NCBI GenBank assembly: GCA_030390025.1
Contig: CM059433.1
Coordinates: 28,770,001-28,834,000 of the forward strand
Reading direction: 5' to 3'
DNA from: Squalus acanthias
Lineage: Eukaryota
Length of the DNA: 64,000 nucleotides
Shown piece by piece: positions 23,759-36,384 of the stretch (position 1 is its first letter; each line of letters begins with the position of its first letter). A program made the translations under genes and the position numbers. The notes under the pieces were generated by a model that was not told the DNA's origin, ran no database searches, and worked only from the letters and a program-made list of their open reading frames with translations.

Positions 23759-25547
23759 GGGCTAGAAATTCATGTACTCACCGCCACTTCGTAGCGCCAT
23801 GAAATGGCAATAAAATGGCGGCCACCGCTCTTTCGCCAGCTGCTGGCGGATATTGCTCTCCCGCTTTGTGCTACCGGTAACTGGCAGCGCCCTGGAAAAA
23901 CAAATGCTGGCGTGGTGACGTCAATCGGCATGCAACACCGACTTAACGTCACCAACGCGAATTTCGACCCTAGCGCTGAATTCAGCGCCAGGTTAACCTG
24001 GCATGCAAGCAGGCTGACAGTGACGATGTCTGCAGTTCTTAAAGGGACACACACATCATTCAGATAAGTTTGAATTTAAGGGTTTGGACTGGTTTTTTTT
24101 GGATTTTATTGAAGTGGTGGCTTGCTTCAATAGATGTGAAAAGCTTTTTTTAAATGCCTAGGGAGTGCTGCTGGACGCTTGCAAGGGCTCAGATGGTAAA
24201 TTAAGGCTTTTGAGAGGACAGAACATGCTGCGAATATTCAGCAGGTCACGCAACATCCGTGGAGAGAAAAACAGAGTTCACGTCTCAGGTCGACATGCTG
24301 CCTGACCAACTGAGTATTTCCAGCATTTTATGCTGTCATCTCACATTTACAGCATCCGCTTGCAGAGGGAAGAGGAAGATGCAGAAGAGGAGGAATCAGA
24401 TGGAAGGATGCATTCCAGACAGCCCCTTTGTGATCGGGATATCTGGAATGGAATCATCCGCCTGTGGTCCCACTGGCTGGGCAGGCTGCCTCTTCTTGTT
24501 GACCCACTGGCTGGGCAGGCTGCTTTTCTTGGGTGTGTGAAATGAGGAAGGCACAAGGGTGGGGTTGTGCTGACATGAGGGCAGGAAGGCAAGAGGTGCA
24601 TGCCAGAAGGAGGATAACATATGAGGATACCCGCATCTTGTATTATTTTAGCCCCGCTGCTGGCCAAGGTTCAACCATGCCCCTGCCAAGAATGGCCTGC
24701 ACCGTCTCCTCCAAGGGGGTGAGGTGAGCCTAGGAATGGGACATTGGTGCAGATTGTTGGTAGGTGAGTGATTGGGGGTCGTGCATTGAGCAATGTGTGA
24801 GGCAAGTGGTGCAGTTGGTAGGAGACAGCTTTTGAAGATGCATTTACTGACCTTGACCAGTGGTCTGAAGTCATGAAGCTTCTTTGGGCACTGGAGCCAG
24901 GTGGTGGGGGCGACACTGCTGGCAGTGACTACCTTAGTGATGTCCTCCCACATCGTTCTTTCTGGAGGGCCTCCTGGCCCGTATGGATAGAGGGCCGCTC
25001 TTGCAGTGTTAACCCCTGCACAAAGCTGGGGTGCTGCGTGTGAGACCCTCGGTGCCCCTTCCCTGGCTTACTGAGCCATTTGTGTTGGTGCTGAGGCAGT
25101 CTTCCCATTTGTTGAGGTTCGGAAGGTAATTCAGCTTTAACAGCTGAATATTCACATTTGGAATTTCTTTTAAATATTGAATATTTCTTAAAAGGCAGAC
25201 AGGACTGACAAATGTATTGATTCACTGCATTTTATTTTGTATTGCTTCAGTGTGCATGGCCCCTTTAATTCTCAGACCTCTTCATTGCCCACAATTCCCT
25301 GCGAGCTCCACAGCTTCGCTCAGAGGCTGTGGGAAGCTGCAACGCCGGACCTGGACAGAAACTTCGTCCCGGATCCCTCCAGCAAAACCACCAGGACGGC
25401 GTTGCATGGAAGGTGAGCACTGCGCCACCGATCTCCATGCCCCCCAGACCAATTTCACTCGGTTAGTGTTGTGGCCATTTCCAGCGGCCGTTAACTCGGT
25501 TGCCGGTTATACCAGCAACTTTGCTGGCGAACACGAATTATTCCCCC
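23759..25547. mobile_element. Harbinger-like DNA transposon (about 1.8 kb) with a decayed Myb/SANT-like ORF
   Basis: Termini GGGCTAGAAATT ... AATTATTCCCCC with TSD AGA/AGA. Minus-strand WEDITKVVTASSVAPTTWLQCPKKLHD resembles Harbinger Myb-like proteins. Inserted into a ~32-bp tandem repeat that resumes at 25548. Confidence 0.82.
24226..24335. mobile_element. Degenerate inverted pseudo-LTR of a second Penelope-like family, nested in a Harbinger element
   Basis: Imperfect inverted arms ATGCTGCGAATATTCAGCAGGTCACGCAACAT / ATGCTGCCTGACCAACTGAGTATTTCCAGCAT flank GAGAGAAAAACAGAGTTCACGTCTCAGGTCGA. This is a pattern I recognise from shark Penelope termini. Confidence 0.55.
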
Positions 25548-26954
25548 AGACTGTTTACTGTAGTGTGCTGTTTAAATAGACTCTGTTTGCTGTAGTGCAC
25601 TGTTTAAATAGACTCTGTTTGCTGAGTAAATCGACTTTGTTTGCTGTTCAAATTCCCGCTGTAAGCCCGCCTCACCTCCAACACATTGGCTGACACAGTG
25701 GTGTCAATAGACACTGTGGGAATCATTTAAGAAACAGTCGGATGTGGTGATGGGAGGGGACTGCAGGTTCTTTTCGGATGGCCTGCCTCATCTGTACCTA
25801 TGCTAGGATCGTTATCATTGTAATGACATCAGATGCGAGAGATGCAAGTATGCAACTGAACAAGAATCAGGTCATCACATTATAGAAGTGATTCTGCGAT
25901 CCAGTGTCCACACGGAGCTGTACACCCACAGCACCCTGGGACGTGCTCACTGCCCGATCACAAAATCATCCCCGTGTGTGGCTCAAAATGGTGCTCCTTT
26001 GAAGAATCCCCTGGAAGCGACAGTGCAATCTCTGAGTAACTTGTAGCACCAATCCACTTTGCTGAAGTTGATTCAAGTAAAAATACCTGTTCTTCAAAAC
26101 CCGATTGAGTTCGACAAAATTGAGAGAAATTGATGTGCTAAATTTCACACTGCTGTGCTCCCACATCTGTGGGTAGTCTCCTATTTAATGGAAAATCCAG
26201 GACTGTGGGCAGGAAATTAGCATTCCCTGCTACCTGCTGGGTTTACTTGCTTTTTCTGCACACTTGTAAAATGGCTGATGAGAACTTAGATTAAGCTTGT
26301 CTGTTCCAATATAAATTTAGATAACTTTTGAGAACAAAAGAGATTTTAGATTCATAAAAGATAATGTTAGATTGTGTATAATTTCAAGAACCTCAAGTGG
26401 CTAATCTGTGCCATCTCTACTATCTCTTCCATTCTTTTGTGTTTCCTAAATTCCATGTTCTAGTCTCTCCCCACAGGTCTAATCTTCTTAATCAAAATGA
26501 CAATGCTGCTGAAATTACATTACACAGAATTACATTACATAGAATGTACAGCACAGAAACAGGCCATTCGGTCCAACTGATCTAAGCCGGTGTTTATGCT
26601 CCACACAGGAAGAAAGCTTCCTCCTACTCTATTTACTTCATCTAACCCTAACAGCATAACCTTCTATTCCTTTCTCACTCATGTCCTTATCTAGCTTCCC
26701 CTTAAATACATCGATGCTCTTCACTTCAATCACTCCATGTGGTAGCGAGTTCCACATTCTAACTTCACTCTGAATACAGATGCCAGTTTTTCTTCCAAAG
26801 CAGCCTTAATGGTCGGCGCTAAAGGCTCCAATTTCACGGCCAATGTGTCTTTTAATTAGAGACTGAACTTTTTGTGCTTTCCATTGAGTTGTTGGCTCCA
26901 GTTAGAGTTGATTGACTGCAGAAAAATCAGTTAAGAGCCAACCAATTACAAGAA

Positions 26955-27280
26955 AAAAAGAAAGATTTGCCTTTCACAGCCTCAGGACGTCCCAAAGCGC
27001 TTTACGCCCAATGAAGTATTTTTGAAGTGCAGTCACTGTTGTAATGTAGGAAATGCAGCAGCCAATTTGTGCACAGCAAGCTCCCACAAACAGCAGTGTG
27101 ATAATGACCAGATCATCTGTTTTTATTATGTTGGTTGAGGGATAAATATTGGCCAGGACACCGGGGAGAACTCCCCTGCTCTTCTTCCAATAATGCCGTG
27201 GGATCTTTTACATTCACCTGGGAGGGAAGAAAGGGGCTTCGGTTTAACATCTCATCTGAAAAACAGCACCTCCGACAGAG
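26955..27280 (-). mobile_element. SacSINE1-like SINE (head missing)
   Basis: Reverse-complement match to family body and tail. Confidence 0.85.
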
Positions 27281-28314
27281 TGGAAATGCAGATTATAGTG
27301 AGGTGTAGTACTGCAGAGAAAACGTGTGGCGGAAGAAAGTGGAAATGTGAACAGAAAGGCTGTTTTTATTAAATTCTCTCCCCCATGTAATGAACTGATT
27401 TCAAGGACACTGAAATGAAAGAACAAGTAAAATGCTATATCTGTAATGTCTTCTTTATCTGCCGCTGTAATAGAAATCTGGGAGTGATTACCGAGCAGTA
27501 ATGTCATCAGGAGCTTTAGATGACATCACAAGCAGCAAGTGTGAAGCTCGAGTGGTTTTACAATTGTCACCCGAAACCTAAGAAGAGATTACAGCTTTTG
27601 AAATCACTTCAGGGTATAAATAATGCATGGCGTGAAGTTCATGTGGGTCATTTATTTAGTATGTCAGTCGTTTTCTCTTGCTGCTGGATGCTGAGTGGGT
27701 CATTAATACACGATGGCGGCTGCACTGAAAAATTAGCAATTGTGGAATAAGTATTGTAAGCTTATTGGGTGGTGATCAGCAGTTGATCAATGGAAAATTG
27801 AATGCTTTGTCTACATTCTTGGTTTTTTTGTCCAAACACTAAATCAATGAAAATGGGCACAATTTCAGCTTTAACTGCACATTTCTGAAGATATAGGAAC
27901 TGATTTTTGGAAGATGTACTCTTGTCACAGAAGCCCCGAGTTTAAGTTGGGGGAGTTGAGGCAGGCTGCAAACCGTCCTGACCTCCAGCAGCATGAGATC
28001 CGGGAGATTTTGGGGGAGAAATAGGTCTAGTGCAGGAAACCGGTGCAAAGTGGTCGGCATGCCTGAAGATGTTGGGTCAAGGCTCACTGAAAGTTGGGCC
28101 TCAGGCCTCGTCTTTATAAACCCGGCGCGCTGCGGATGCCTATTGGGCCTACCGATGCAGCTCTCTGGCTGGGGCCTTTGCAAAATTGGCTGGTTTGGTT
28201 GGCGAGCCTGTCCACAGGTAGTTCCTCAGCAGGGTACTGTTGGAGAGCTTAGAGGGGAACTCCTGATCCGTTTAGCTCCACATCGAGGTTAGTAAGAAAA
28301 AAATGACTTACCTA

Positions 28315-28862
28315 TCAGTTGGTAGCACTCTCCAGAGAGTTGAGCACAAAAATCTAGGCTGACTCTCCAGTGTAGTACTGAGGGAGTGCTGTACTGTCGG
28401 AGGTGCCTTCTTTCGGATGAGACGTTAGAATCATAGAATGGTTACAGCACAGAAGGAGGTCATTCGGCCTATCGAGCCCATGCCAGCTCTCTGCAAGAGC
28501 ACTTCAGCTAGTCCCACTCCCCCGCCCTTTCCCCGTAGCCCTGCAAATTTTTACATTACACCGAGGCCCCGTCTGCCCTCCCAGATGGACGTAAAAGATC
28601 CCATGGCACTATATCGAAGACAAGCAGGGGATATCTCCTGGTATCCTGGCCAATATGTATCCCTCAACCAACATCACTAAAACAGATTATCTGGTCATTA
28701 TCACATTGCTGTTTGTGGGAGCTTGCTGTGCGCAAATTAGCTGCCGAATTTCCTACATTACAACAGTGAATACACTTCAAAAGTACTTCATCGGCTGTAA
28801 AGCGCTTTGGGACATCCTGAGGTCGTGAAAGGCACTACATAAATGCTTTCTTTCTCTTTCTT
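28315..28862 (+). mobile_element. SacSINE1-like SINE with an inverted CR1 3' tail inserted at about 28428-28553
   Basis: SINE breaks after GATGAGACGTTA and resumes at ACCGAGGCCCCGTCTG. The insert matches the CR1 tail at 10533. Confidence 0.85.
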
Positions 28863-29944
28863 CCTCCAGTGGTACCGTTAAGGACCGCTAATTAGGCTGA
28901 AGTAGACCCTGAAAAACTGACGCCGCACGCTTGCCCAGTTTCTGCCGAATTAGGCAGTGGGGTCCCAAAAGCGCGTCAGCCCCCTGATTAGCATATTCCA
29001 GATGCCCAACAGCTGTTTCAGGCTGGCGCACTTCCGGTGGAGATCAGGCACAGGTTACCCCTGCCCAAAATTCAACCCCTTAAAACTCATTTAGCGCCCA
29101 GAAATCGAACGCGACGCAGGTCAATTTCTGCCCCTCTAGCTCCTGGGCCTCATCTGCGTCCCCTTAGTCAGTGTCCCGCCCGAAACCAGGAACCCAATGT
29201 TGGGTGGCAGGCAATGTTCCCTCTTATTATTTTTGGGTGCGCGGCCCATTCACAGTTTGTGCATTCACAAGACTTACCATTGAAAAAGCCAGTCCCGGAC
29301 TGTGCGGGACCGGCAGAGAGCTGCGCGGCCGCGCACCTTATAGGGAACATTGGTGGCAGGAACCAATGGAATAGACCCCGAAACTTGGGGAAGGGTTTTC
29401 CAGAGGGCGTCATAATTGGGAAGTGGGTGGGGCGGTGGGAGGGAACCTAGGGCAGGGGAGTCATAAACTTTCCCTGTGGGGCCTGGATGAGCACACCTGC
29501 TCCTCCTAACTCCACAAGAAAACCCTTTTTGGACCTCTTCTGTCCCCGACCTCTTCCCACTAGGTTAGCCCAGCAGGAAAGCCACAGCAGATTGTCCCCA
29601 CACAGGTCTCTGCTTAAAATAGTCATCGGGCCACAATGACATCATCGGAGCCCGATCTGCATATTTAAAGAAGGACCCCGGCCGGTTTCGGGCAGCTGTC
29701 TGGTTCTCCTGTTTCAGAAGAGCAGGTTAAAATTGTAGCTTACGTGATCGGTGCAGGATGTCAGCGGGCGAGTTTAACCACAGGCCTGTCTAGTTCCCTT
29801 GGGCGGGAAGGGTTAAAATTGCTCCAAGGATCTCGTCTGCCATGAGTGTGTATCAGGAAATTGCAGTCACGCTCATTAAAATTAAAAATTAATGGACAAA
29901 AATTCATAGGGAGTGCACTTGCAATCTCCTGATATGTGCTTCAT

Positions 29945-30432
29945 AACCTTGAGCTCATTCAAAGCTCTGCTACCCGTATCCTAACTCGCACCATGTCCTG
30001 TTCACCCATTACCTCTGTGCTCGCTGACCGACATTGGCTCCACTAATGCCTCGATTTCAAAATTCTCATCCTTCTGTTCAAATCCCTCCATGGCCTCGCT
30101 CCTCCCTATCTCTGTAACCTCCTCCAGCCCTACAAACCTCCTGCGCTCCTTTAATTCTGGTCTCTTGCGCATCCCGATTTTAATCGCTCCACCATTGGCG
30201 GCCGTGCCTTCAGCTGCCTAGGCTCTAAGCTCTGGAATTCCCTCTCTAAACCTCTCCGTCTCTCTCTCTCCTCCTTTAAGACAATCATTAGAACCTACCT
30301 CTTTGACTAAGCTTTTGGTCCTAACGTCTCCTTCTTTGGCTCGGTATCAAATTTTGTCTGATAACGCTCCTGTGAAGTGCCTTGGAAAGTTTTACTACGT
30401 TAAAGGTGCTATATAAATACAAATTGTTGTTC
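29945..30432 (+). mobile_element. L2-clade LINE 3' fragment
   Basis: HITSVLADRHW-type and GGRAFSCLG motifs; tail GTTAAAGGTGCTATATAAATAC. Confidence 0.88.
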
Positions 30433-30565
30433 TGGTGGGTCAAACTTTGCCCGGGGGCCATACATTTGGAAAATTGGCCGCCATTACAACACTGCTTAAA
30501 TTAAAAGTGTTACAGGAGGCAAGTGTGACACTTACAGGAATTGTGTGCCATGTGCAAGACTTTTA

Positions 30566-30853
30566 GGGCTGGATTTTGTCTTGGTGTCGGGTTGGGGTCG
30601 TGTAATCCGCATTTCGTGTTTCCCCCCCGACTCCAGATTAATGTGGATGCCTGATGCAATTTTCACTTAATTGGGAAATTGAGTTGGAGCATGTGGGAAC
30701 CCATGAACTAATTAGTGTTTTCAGTCTGAAAGTCGCCTCTGATAATGTCATCATTGCTGACTGCCTAGTCTCAGAGACTGTTTGTGAGAGAGGACCTGCC
30801 TGGCTTTTGATGTGAGTGGACCTGGATGCAAAAATGGGGTGTGTGTGTGGAGC

Positions 30854-30921
<68 letters not shown>

Positions 30922-31358
30922 CTTTTTGCCAACCAAGTCCTCCCAGGCAGTCTCTGAAGACATTCAATGCAGCAGCATCAGAGGCGACTTTCAGACCTAA
31001 TACTACTACTACCTTCATCACATCTCCATTGTAATAGTGGACCTGCAGCCGATAGTCAGCTATCCACTTGTGCTCCCGCCAGGTTTCACTGGAGTGTTTC
31101 ACACCAGGCGTGCTTCACGTCAGAAGAGGGTTAAACTAGCTACAGCGTTTCAAAATGGCATTACAGAGTCAATTTAGAGCTTGTTAAGGGCTTTAATGGC
31201 CTCTCCCGCCTCTTGAAGGCGGGACGGAGTCGGGAACCCCGCGACTGATTATGTCAAAATTGCGTGGAGGCGGGATGGAGTCGGAAACCCCGACCCCGCA
31301 AATTTAACCCCTCACACGCCTTCAAACCCGACTCCATGGGTCATTCATAATCCAGCCC
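30566..31358 (-). mobile_element. Harbinger-type MITE, copy A (contains a (GA)n tract at about 30855-30918; strand label arbitrary)
   Basis: Terminal inverted repeats GGGCTGGATT / AATCCAGCCC with TSD TTA/TTA. Confidence 0.9.
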
Positions 31359-31511
31359 TTAATGTCTGATAGATATTTTTCTTGAGTTCAATTTGTTAAC
31401 AAAATTCTAAGGGCCCTAAATTGCTGGCGAGAGGCTTAAACTATCCCTCCTTGCAGCATAAATAAATCCCTTCCTGCCTGCTGTGCTAATATAAACTGGA
31501 GTGGACACAAT

Positions 31512-32269
31512 GGGCTGGATTTTCAATGACCCGTGGAATCGGGTTTGGAGGCGTGTGGGGGGTTAAAGTTGCAGATTCGGGGGTCCCGACCCCATCCCGA
31601 CTCCATTCCGCCTCCACGCAATTTTGACAAAATCGGTCGCGGGGTTCCCGACTCTGTCCCGCCTCCAAGAAGTGGGAGAGGCCATTAAAGCCCTTAACAA
31701 GCCCTAAATTGGCTCTGTAATGCCATTTTGAAACGTTTTAGCTAGTTTAACCCTTTTCCGACGTGAAGTACGCCTGATGTGAAACACTCCAGTGAAACCT
31801 GGCGGGAGCACAAGTGGATAGCTGACTATCAGCTGCAGGTCCACTATTACAACGGAGATGTGATGAAGGTAGTAGTAGTATTAGGTCTGAAAGTCGCCTC
31901 TGATGCTGCTGCATTGAATGTCTTCAGAGACTGCCTGGGAGGACTTGGTTGCAAAAAAAAAATTCTCTCTCTCTCTCTCTCTGAGATGCTGCTCATTTTG
32001 CATCCAGGTCCTCTCACAGCAAAGGCCAGGCAATCTCTGAGACCAGGCAATCTCTGAGACCAGGCAGTCTCTGACCTGCAATGATGACATCATCAGAGGC
32101 GACTTTCAGACTGAAACCACTAATTGGTTCATGGGTTCCCACATGCTGGAACTCAATTGCCAAATTAAGTGAAAATTGCATCAATCTCCCACATCCAATT
32201 GCAGTCGGGTGGATAACACGAAATGCGGATGACACGACCCCAACCCGCCCCAGTATCAAAATCCAGCCC
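31512..32269 (+). mobile_element. Harbinger-type MITE, copy B, inverted relative to copy A
   Basis: Terminal inverted repeats GGGCTGGATTTT / AAAATCCAGCCC with TSD AAT/AAT. The same pseudo-ORF (MKHSSETWREHKWIADY) appears on opposite strands in the two copies. Confidence 0.9.
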
Positions 32270-32645
32270 AATGACACCGATTGTTTTCCTGGGGTCAAAC
32301 CATAAAGGCCAAGAAAAAGGGGCAGCAGAAACCCCAGGATGTCAGGTCTTTGACGCTTTTATGTAGCTCCTGGGTTCCCACCGATGGGAAGAGCAGGACC
32401 CACACCTGCAGTAGGCACCATGTCCAACATTCTCATTTAAGTGAGCAGGGCAGTGATGTTTCAGGCCCTTCTGCCTCAGATCTCTGTGGTTTGACCATCT
32501 GCAAAGCCCATTTTCAGGGGAATTGGGCCTTCCACCTGACCCTCCTCAGAGCAGAGGTTCCTGTGGGGCCAGACAGCAAGGCAGGGCAAGGGAGACCGTA
32601 GAAGCTTAGCGCAACCTTTCTCTCCAGCCTCCTCATCGATCTTTA

Positions 32646-33115
32646 GGTGTCAGCCTTGGCTCAGTGGGTAGCACTTTCGCTTCTGAGTCAGAAAGTGCTG
32701 GGTTCAAGTCCCACTCCAGAACTTTAAGCCCATAATGCAGGCTGACACTCCAGTGCAGTACTCAGGGAATGCTGCATTGCCAGAGGTGCCGTCTTTCGAA
32801 TGAAACGTTAAACTGATGCCCCATCTGTCCTCTTAAGTGGACGTAAAAGATCCCATGAAGATTTTGAAGAAGAGCTGGGGAGTTCTCCCCAGTGTCCTGG
32901 CCAATATTTATCTCTCAGCCAACATCACTTAAAAAAAAACAGATGATCTGGTCATTATCACATTGCTGTTTATGGGAGCTTGCTGTGTGCAAATTGGCTG
33001 ATGTGTTTCCTACATTACAACAGTGATTACACTTCCAAAAGTTCTTTATTGGCCATACAGCACTGGGATGTCTCGAGGTCGTGAAAGGCGCTATAGGAAT
33101 GCAAGGCTTTCTTTT
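32646..33115 (+). mobile_element. Full-length SacSINE1-like SINE
   Basis: GGTGTCAGCCTTGGCTCAGTGGGTAGC head, B box GGTTCAAGTCCC, core and tail. Confidence 0.9.
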
Positions 33116-34254
33116 GTTCTATAAGTACTGAAAATCTACCATGCATCATTGCTACTGTACACTTATCAATTTACTGTATAATAAATCCATTTAGCAGTTT
33201 AATGAGATGGTTATTCAGCCACCTTCCTGAAGTTGAGAAAGGTCACATGATGACAAAGCATATAATCAGTAAACAACAATACAGTAATGAGGATTTTGTG
33301 TTCAGTCCCTGGGCACGCTGCAGATATATATGGGCCAGGTAGTGAGGGCGATAGCGAATGAGGGTTCACCTTTGGAAATGGTCTGAGCTACTGAACTCAA
33401 GAAAATTATCTGGCGTAAAACCCAAAAATCATAACGGAGAGATCCACTAGTGACAAACAAGGGGAAGCACTAGATTGGCTCAAACTAGAATCATAGAATG
33501 ATACAGCATAGAAGGAGGCCATTCGGTCCAATGTGCCTCTGCCGGCTCTTTGAAAGAGCTATCCGATTAGTCCCACTCCCCCTGTTCTTTCCCCATAGCC
33601 CTACCAATGTTTCCCTGCCAATGTTTCCCTTCAAGTATTAATCAAATTCCCTTTTGAAAGTTACGTTTGGATAGTAAGAAACAACAAAATATATACCTGG
33701 TTGTAAACCAGAGCGGGGATGAAAAAAAACAGTGCCTGAGAACAGTGGTGGGCAAAAGAAACACTGTGGTTAGCTTCTGCTAAACAAGCATGAGTTATTT
33801 CCACCAAGTGTTAAAAACTGAACTTCAATTTCCAACGAGATTGGTCAAGGTTATGATCTGGGGGAAGAATTTAACAAGAAAAGAATCTAGCTCCAGTGGC
33901 CAGGCATTGAATGGAATCCACGATAACCCGGTGTTATTAGCTCTGGCCGGGAGTTTCCACACTGTGCTCACCAGCCTGTGATTTTTCACCAGTTGAGTGC
34001 AGAAGCAGAAAATCCTGATCGTCATCCTCACTGGTAAGTTATGGAAGGGCAAAAGGACTCAGTAGACTGGATTTTCTACTGTCAGTCCTACCGGTTTACC
34101 AGTGGATATGTGGCAGGTGGGGTGGGGGCTGAAAAATTCGACAGGGACCCATTTAACCGGGTTCCCACTCCATTGTCTAGCGGAATTAAAGCTGACGGAA
34201 CAGGTAATAGACCCCCTCCCCCCCCGCCACCAACTCCCATTATCACTTGCAATA

Positions 34255-34767
34255 AACTTGAGGTCATTCAAAAGTCAGCTGCCCGTGTCCTAACTCGCAC
34301 CAAGCCCAGCTCACCCATCTCCCCTGTGCTTGCTGACCTACATTGGCTCCCGGTTAAGCAACATCTCGATTTTAAAATTCTCATCCTTGTTTTCCCTCCA
34401 TGGCCTCGCCCCTCCCTATCTCTGTAATCTTCTCCAACCGTATAATCCCCCTAGATGTCTGCACTCCAACTATTCTGGACTTCTAACATCCCCGATTTTA
34501 ATTGCTCCACCATTGATGGTTGTGCCTTCAGCTGCCTAGGTCCTGAGCTCTGGAATTCCCTCACTAAATCTCTCCGCCTCTCGACTTCTCTTTCCTCCTT
34601 TAAGACTCTCGTTAAAACCTACCTCTTTGACCAAGCTTTTGGTCATCTGCCCTAACATCTCCTTATATGGCTCGGAGTAAATTGTTTTTTTTTGCTAACA
34701 CTCTTGTGAAGCGCCTTGGGATGTTTTATTACATTATGGGCACTATATAAATATACGTTGTTGTTGT
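34255..34767 (+). mobile_element. L2-clade LINE 3' fragment
   Basis: KLEVIQKSAARVLTRTK...ISPVLADLHWLPV and FSCLGPELWNSL; GTTGTTGTTG tail. Confidence 0.9.
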
Positions 34768-34909
34768 CAATCAGGGACCAACCAATGCACCGTCAGAATG
34801 TACTGGTGCAGGACAAGCCCTTTGATCAGCTGCAGCTGGGTGAATCTTGTGGCAGTTGCAAAATTCCAATCCTCCCTCCTCCTCCCCTCCCATAGCGGGC
34901 TCCCTGGCA

Positions 34910-35457
34910 AAGAACATAACAACCAGGAGCAGGAGTAGGCCATCCGGCCCGTCGAGCCGGCTCCACCATTCAATAAGATCATGACTAATCTTCTACCTCA
35001 ACTCCACTTTCCTGCTCCAGCCCCATATCCCTTGAAATCTAGCGATCTCAGCCTTGAATATATTCAACGACTGAGCATCCACAGATCCTCTGGGGTGGAG
35101 AATTCCAAAGATTCACAACCCTCTGGGTAAAGAAATTATTCCTCATCTCAGTCCTAAATGGCCGACCCCTTATCCTGAGACGATGACCTAGAATCTACAG
35201 CCAGGGGAAACAGCCTCTCAGCATCTACCCTGTCAAGCCCTCGAAGAATTTTATACATTTCAATGAGATCACCTCTCATTCTTCTAAACTCCAGAGAATA
35301 TTGGCCCATTCTACTCAATCTCTCCTGATAGAACAACCCTCTCATTACAGGAATCAATCTAGTGAACCTCGTTGCACCCCCTCTAAGGCAAGTATATCCT
35401 TCCTCAGATAAGGAGACCAAAACTGTACACAGTACTCCAGGTGTGGTCTGACCAAAG
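34910..35457 (-). mobile_element. CR1 LINE 3' fragment
   Basis: RFTRLIP...YSLEFRRMRGDLIEMYKILRGLDRVD. Confidence 0.9.
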
Positions 35458-35639
35458 GCGGTAATAGTGTGTACACCCAGCCGAAGTGTACCTACTCGGC
35501 TGACCCTGGAAAATCCGTTGGGGTTCGTTCCAATTTTGGAAGTCCCACTCTGCCAGAATCAAGTGGCATTGCACCAGAGACTAAAATCTTGGTCAGTATG
35601 TGCCAAGAGTCCCGCTGTATGATAACAATCACAGGCCAA

Positions 35640-36255
35640 TTAGTGGCCTTGGCCAGTTGAGAGTGCTCCGAGTTGGAAGATGGTGGGTTCAAGCCCTGCT
35701 CGGGGACTTGAGCTCATAATCTAAACTGACATTTCAATGCCATCCAGAGGGCTACATTGCTGGAAGTGCTATCCTTTAGTGCAGATGTTAAACCAAAGCT
35801 ATTGCCTGTCAGTTTCAATGCTTTAGCTGATGCTAAAGATATCACTGCACAATCTGAAAACGTGCAGGGAGATCTATTTTTGCCCCGCTCAACTAACGCT
35901 ATTCAAAACAGATAATTGGCCATTCATATCTTTGCTGTTTGTGGGACCTTGCTGTGAATAAAATGAATGCTGCATTTACCCACAGACCAGCAGTAATTGC
36001 ATGATGAAATTCATAGAAATGTGAAGTACTTTGGGATACTTCTGAGAGAGAGGAAAGAACTTATAATTCCACTGCGCCTTTCACGACTTCAGACACCCCA
36101 AGGCACTTCACAGTCAATGAAGCACTTTTGAAGTGGAGTCACTGTTGGAACGTGGAGAAACATGGGAGCTACTTTGCCCAATGCAAGATCCCAGAAATAG
36201 CAATGAAATAAAAGGCCAGATAATCTGTTTGAGTGAGGTTGGCCAGGACACGAGG
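35640..36255. mobile_element. Two old diverged SINE copies arranged tail to tail
   Basis: tRNA-like head GGTTCAAGCCC at about 35685 with a decayed core (+), then a reverse tail fragment at about 36055-36255. Confidence 0.6.
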
Positions 36256-36384
36256 GGGTAGATCTTGACTTTGTGCGATGGTGTAAAGCGGGTGATAGCG
36301 AGTCGGCAGCCCGTTTCATATCCCTCCCCATTTTTATTTCCATTGGTGCCGTGGTAACTAGAGGCTGGATATTCTGTGGCGAGT

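Larger units (their letters stand above)
23650..25625. repeat. About 32-bp tandem repeat (TTTAAATAGACTCTGTTTGTTGTAGTGTGCTG) split by the Harbinger insertion
   Basis: Units at about 23650-23758 and 25548-25625. Confidence 0.8.

Noticed and set aside
25850..26012. Possible extra KHDRBS2 exon after the acceptor-like ctgtcgcttccag (minus strand)
   Set aside because: Translations (e.g. DSSKEHHFEPHTGMIL*) show no similarity to the expected Tyr-rich exons, and I found no convincing donor.
30638..32057. Duplicated ORF MKHSSETWREHKWIADY... as a small gene pair
   Set aside because: Both lie inside the two MITE copies, run through a microsatellite and diverge in frame after it.
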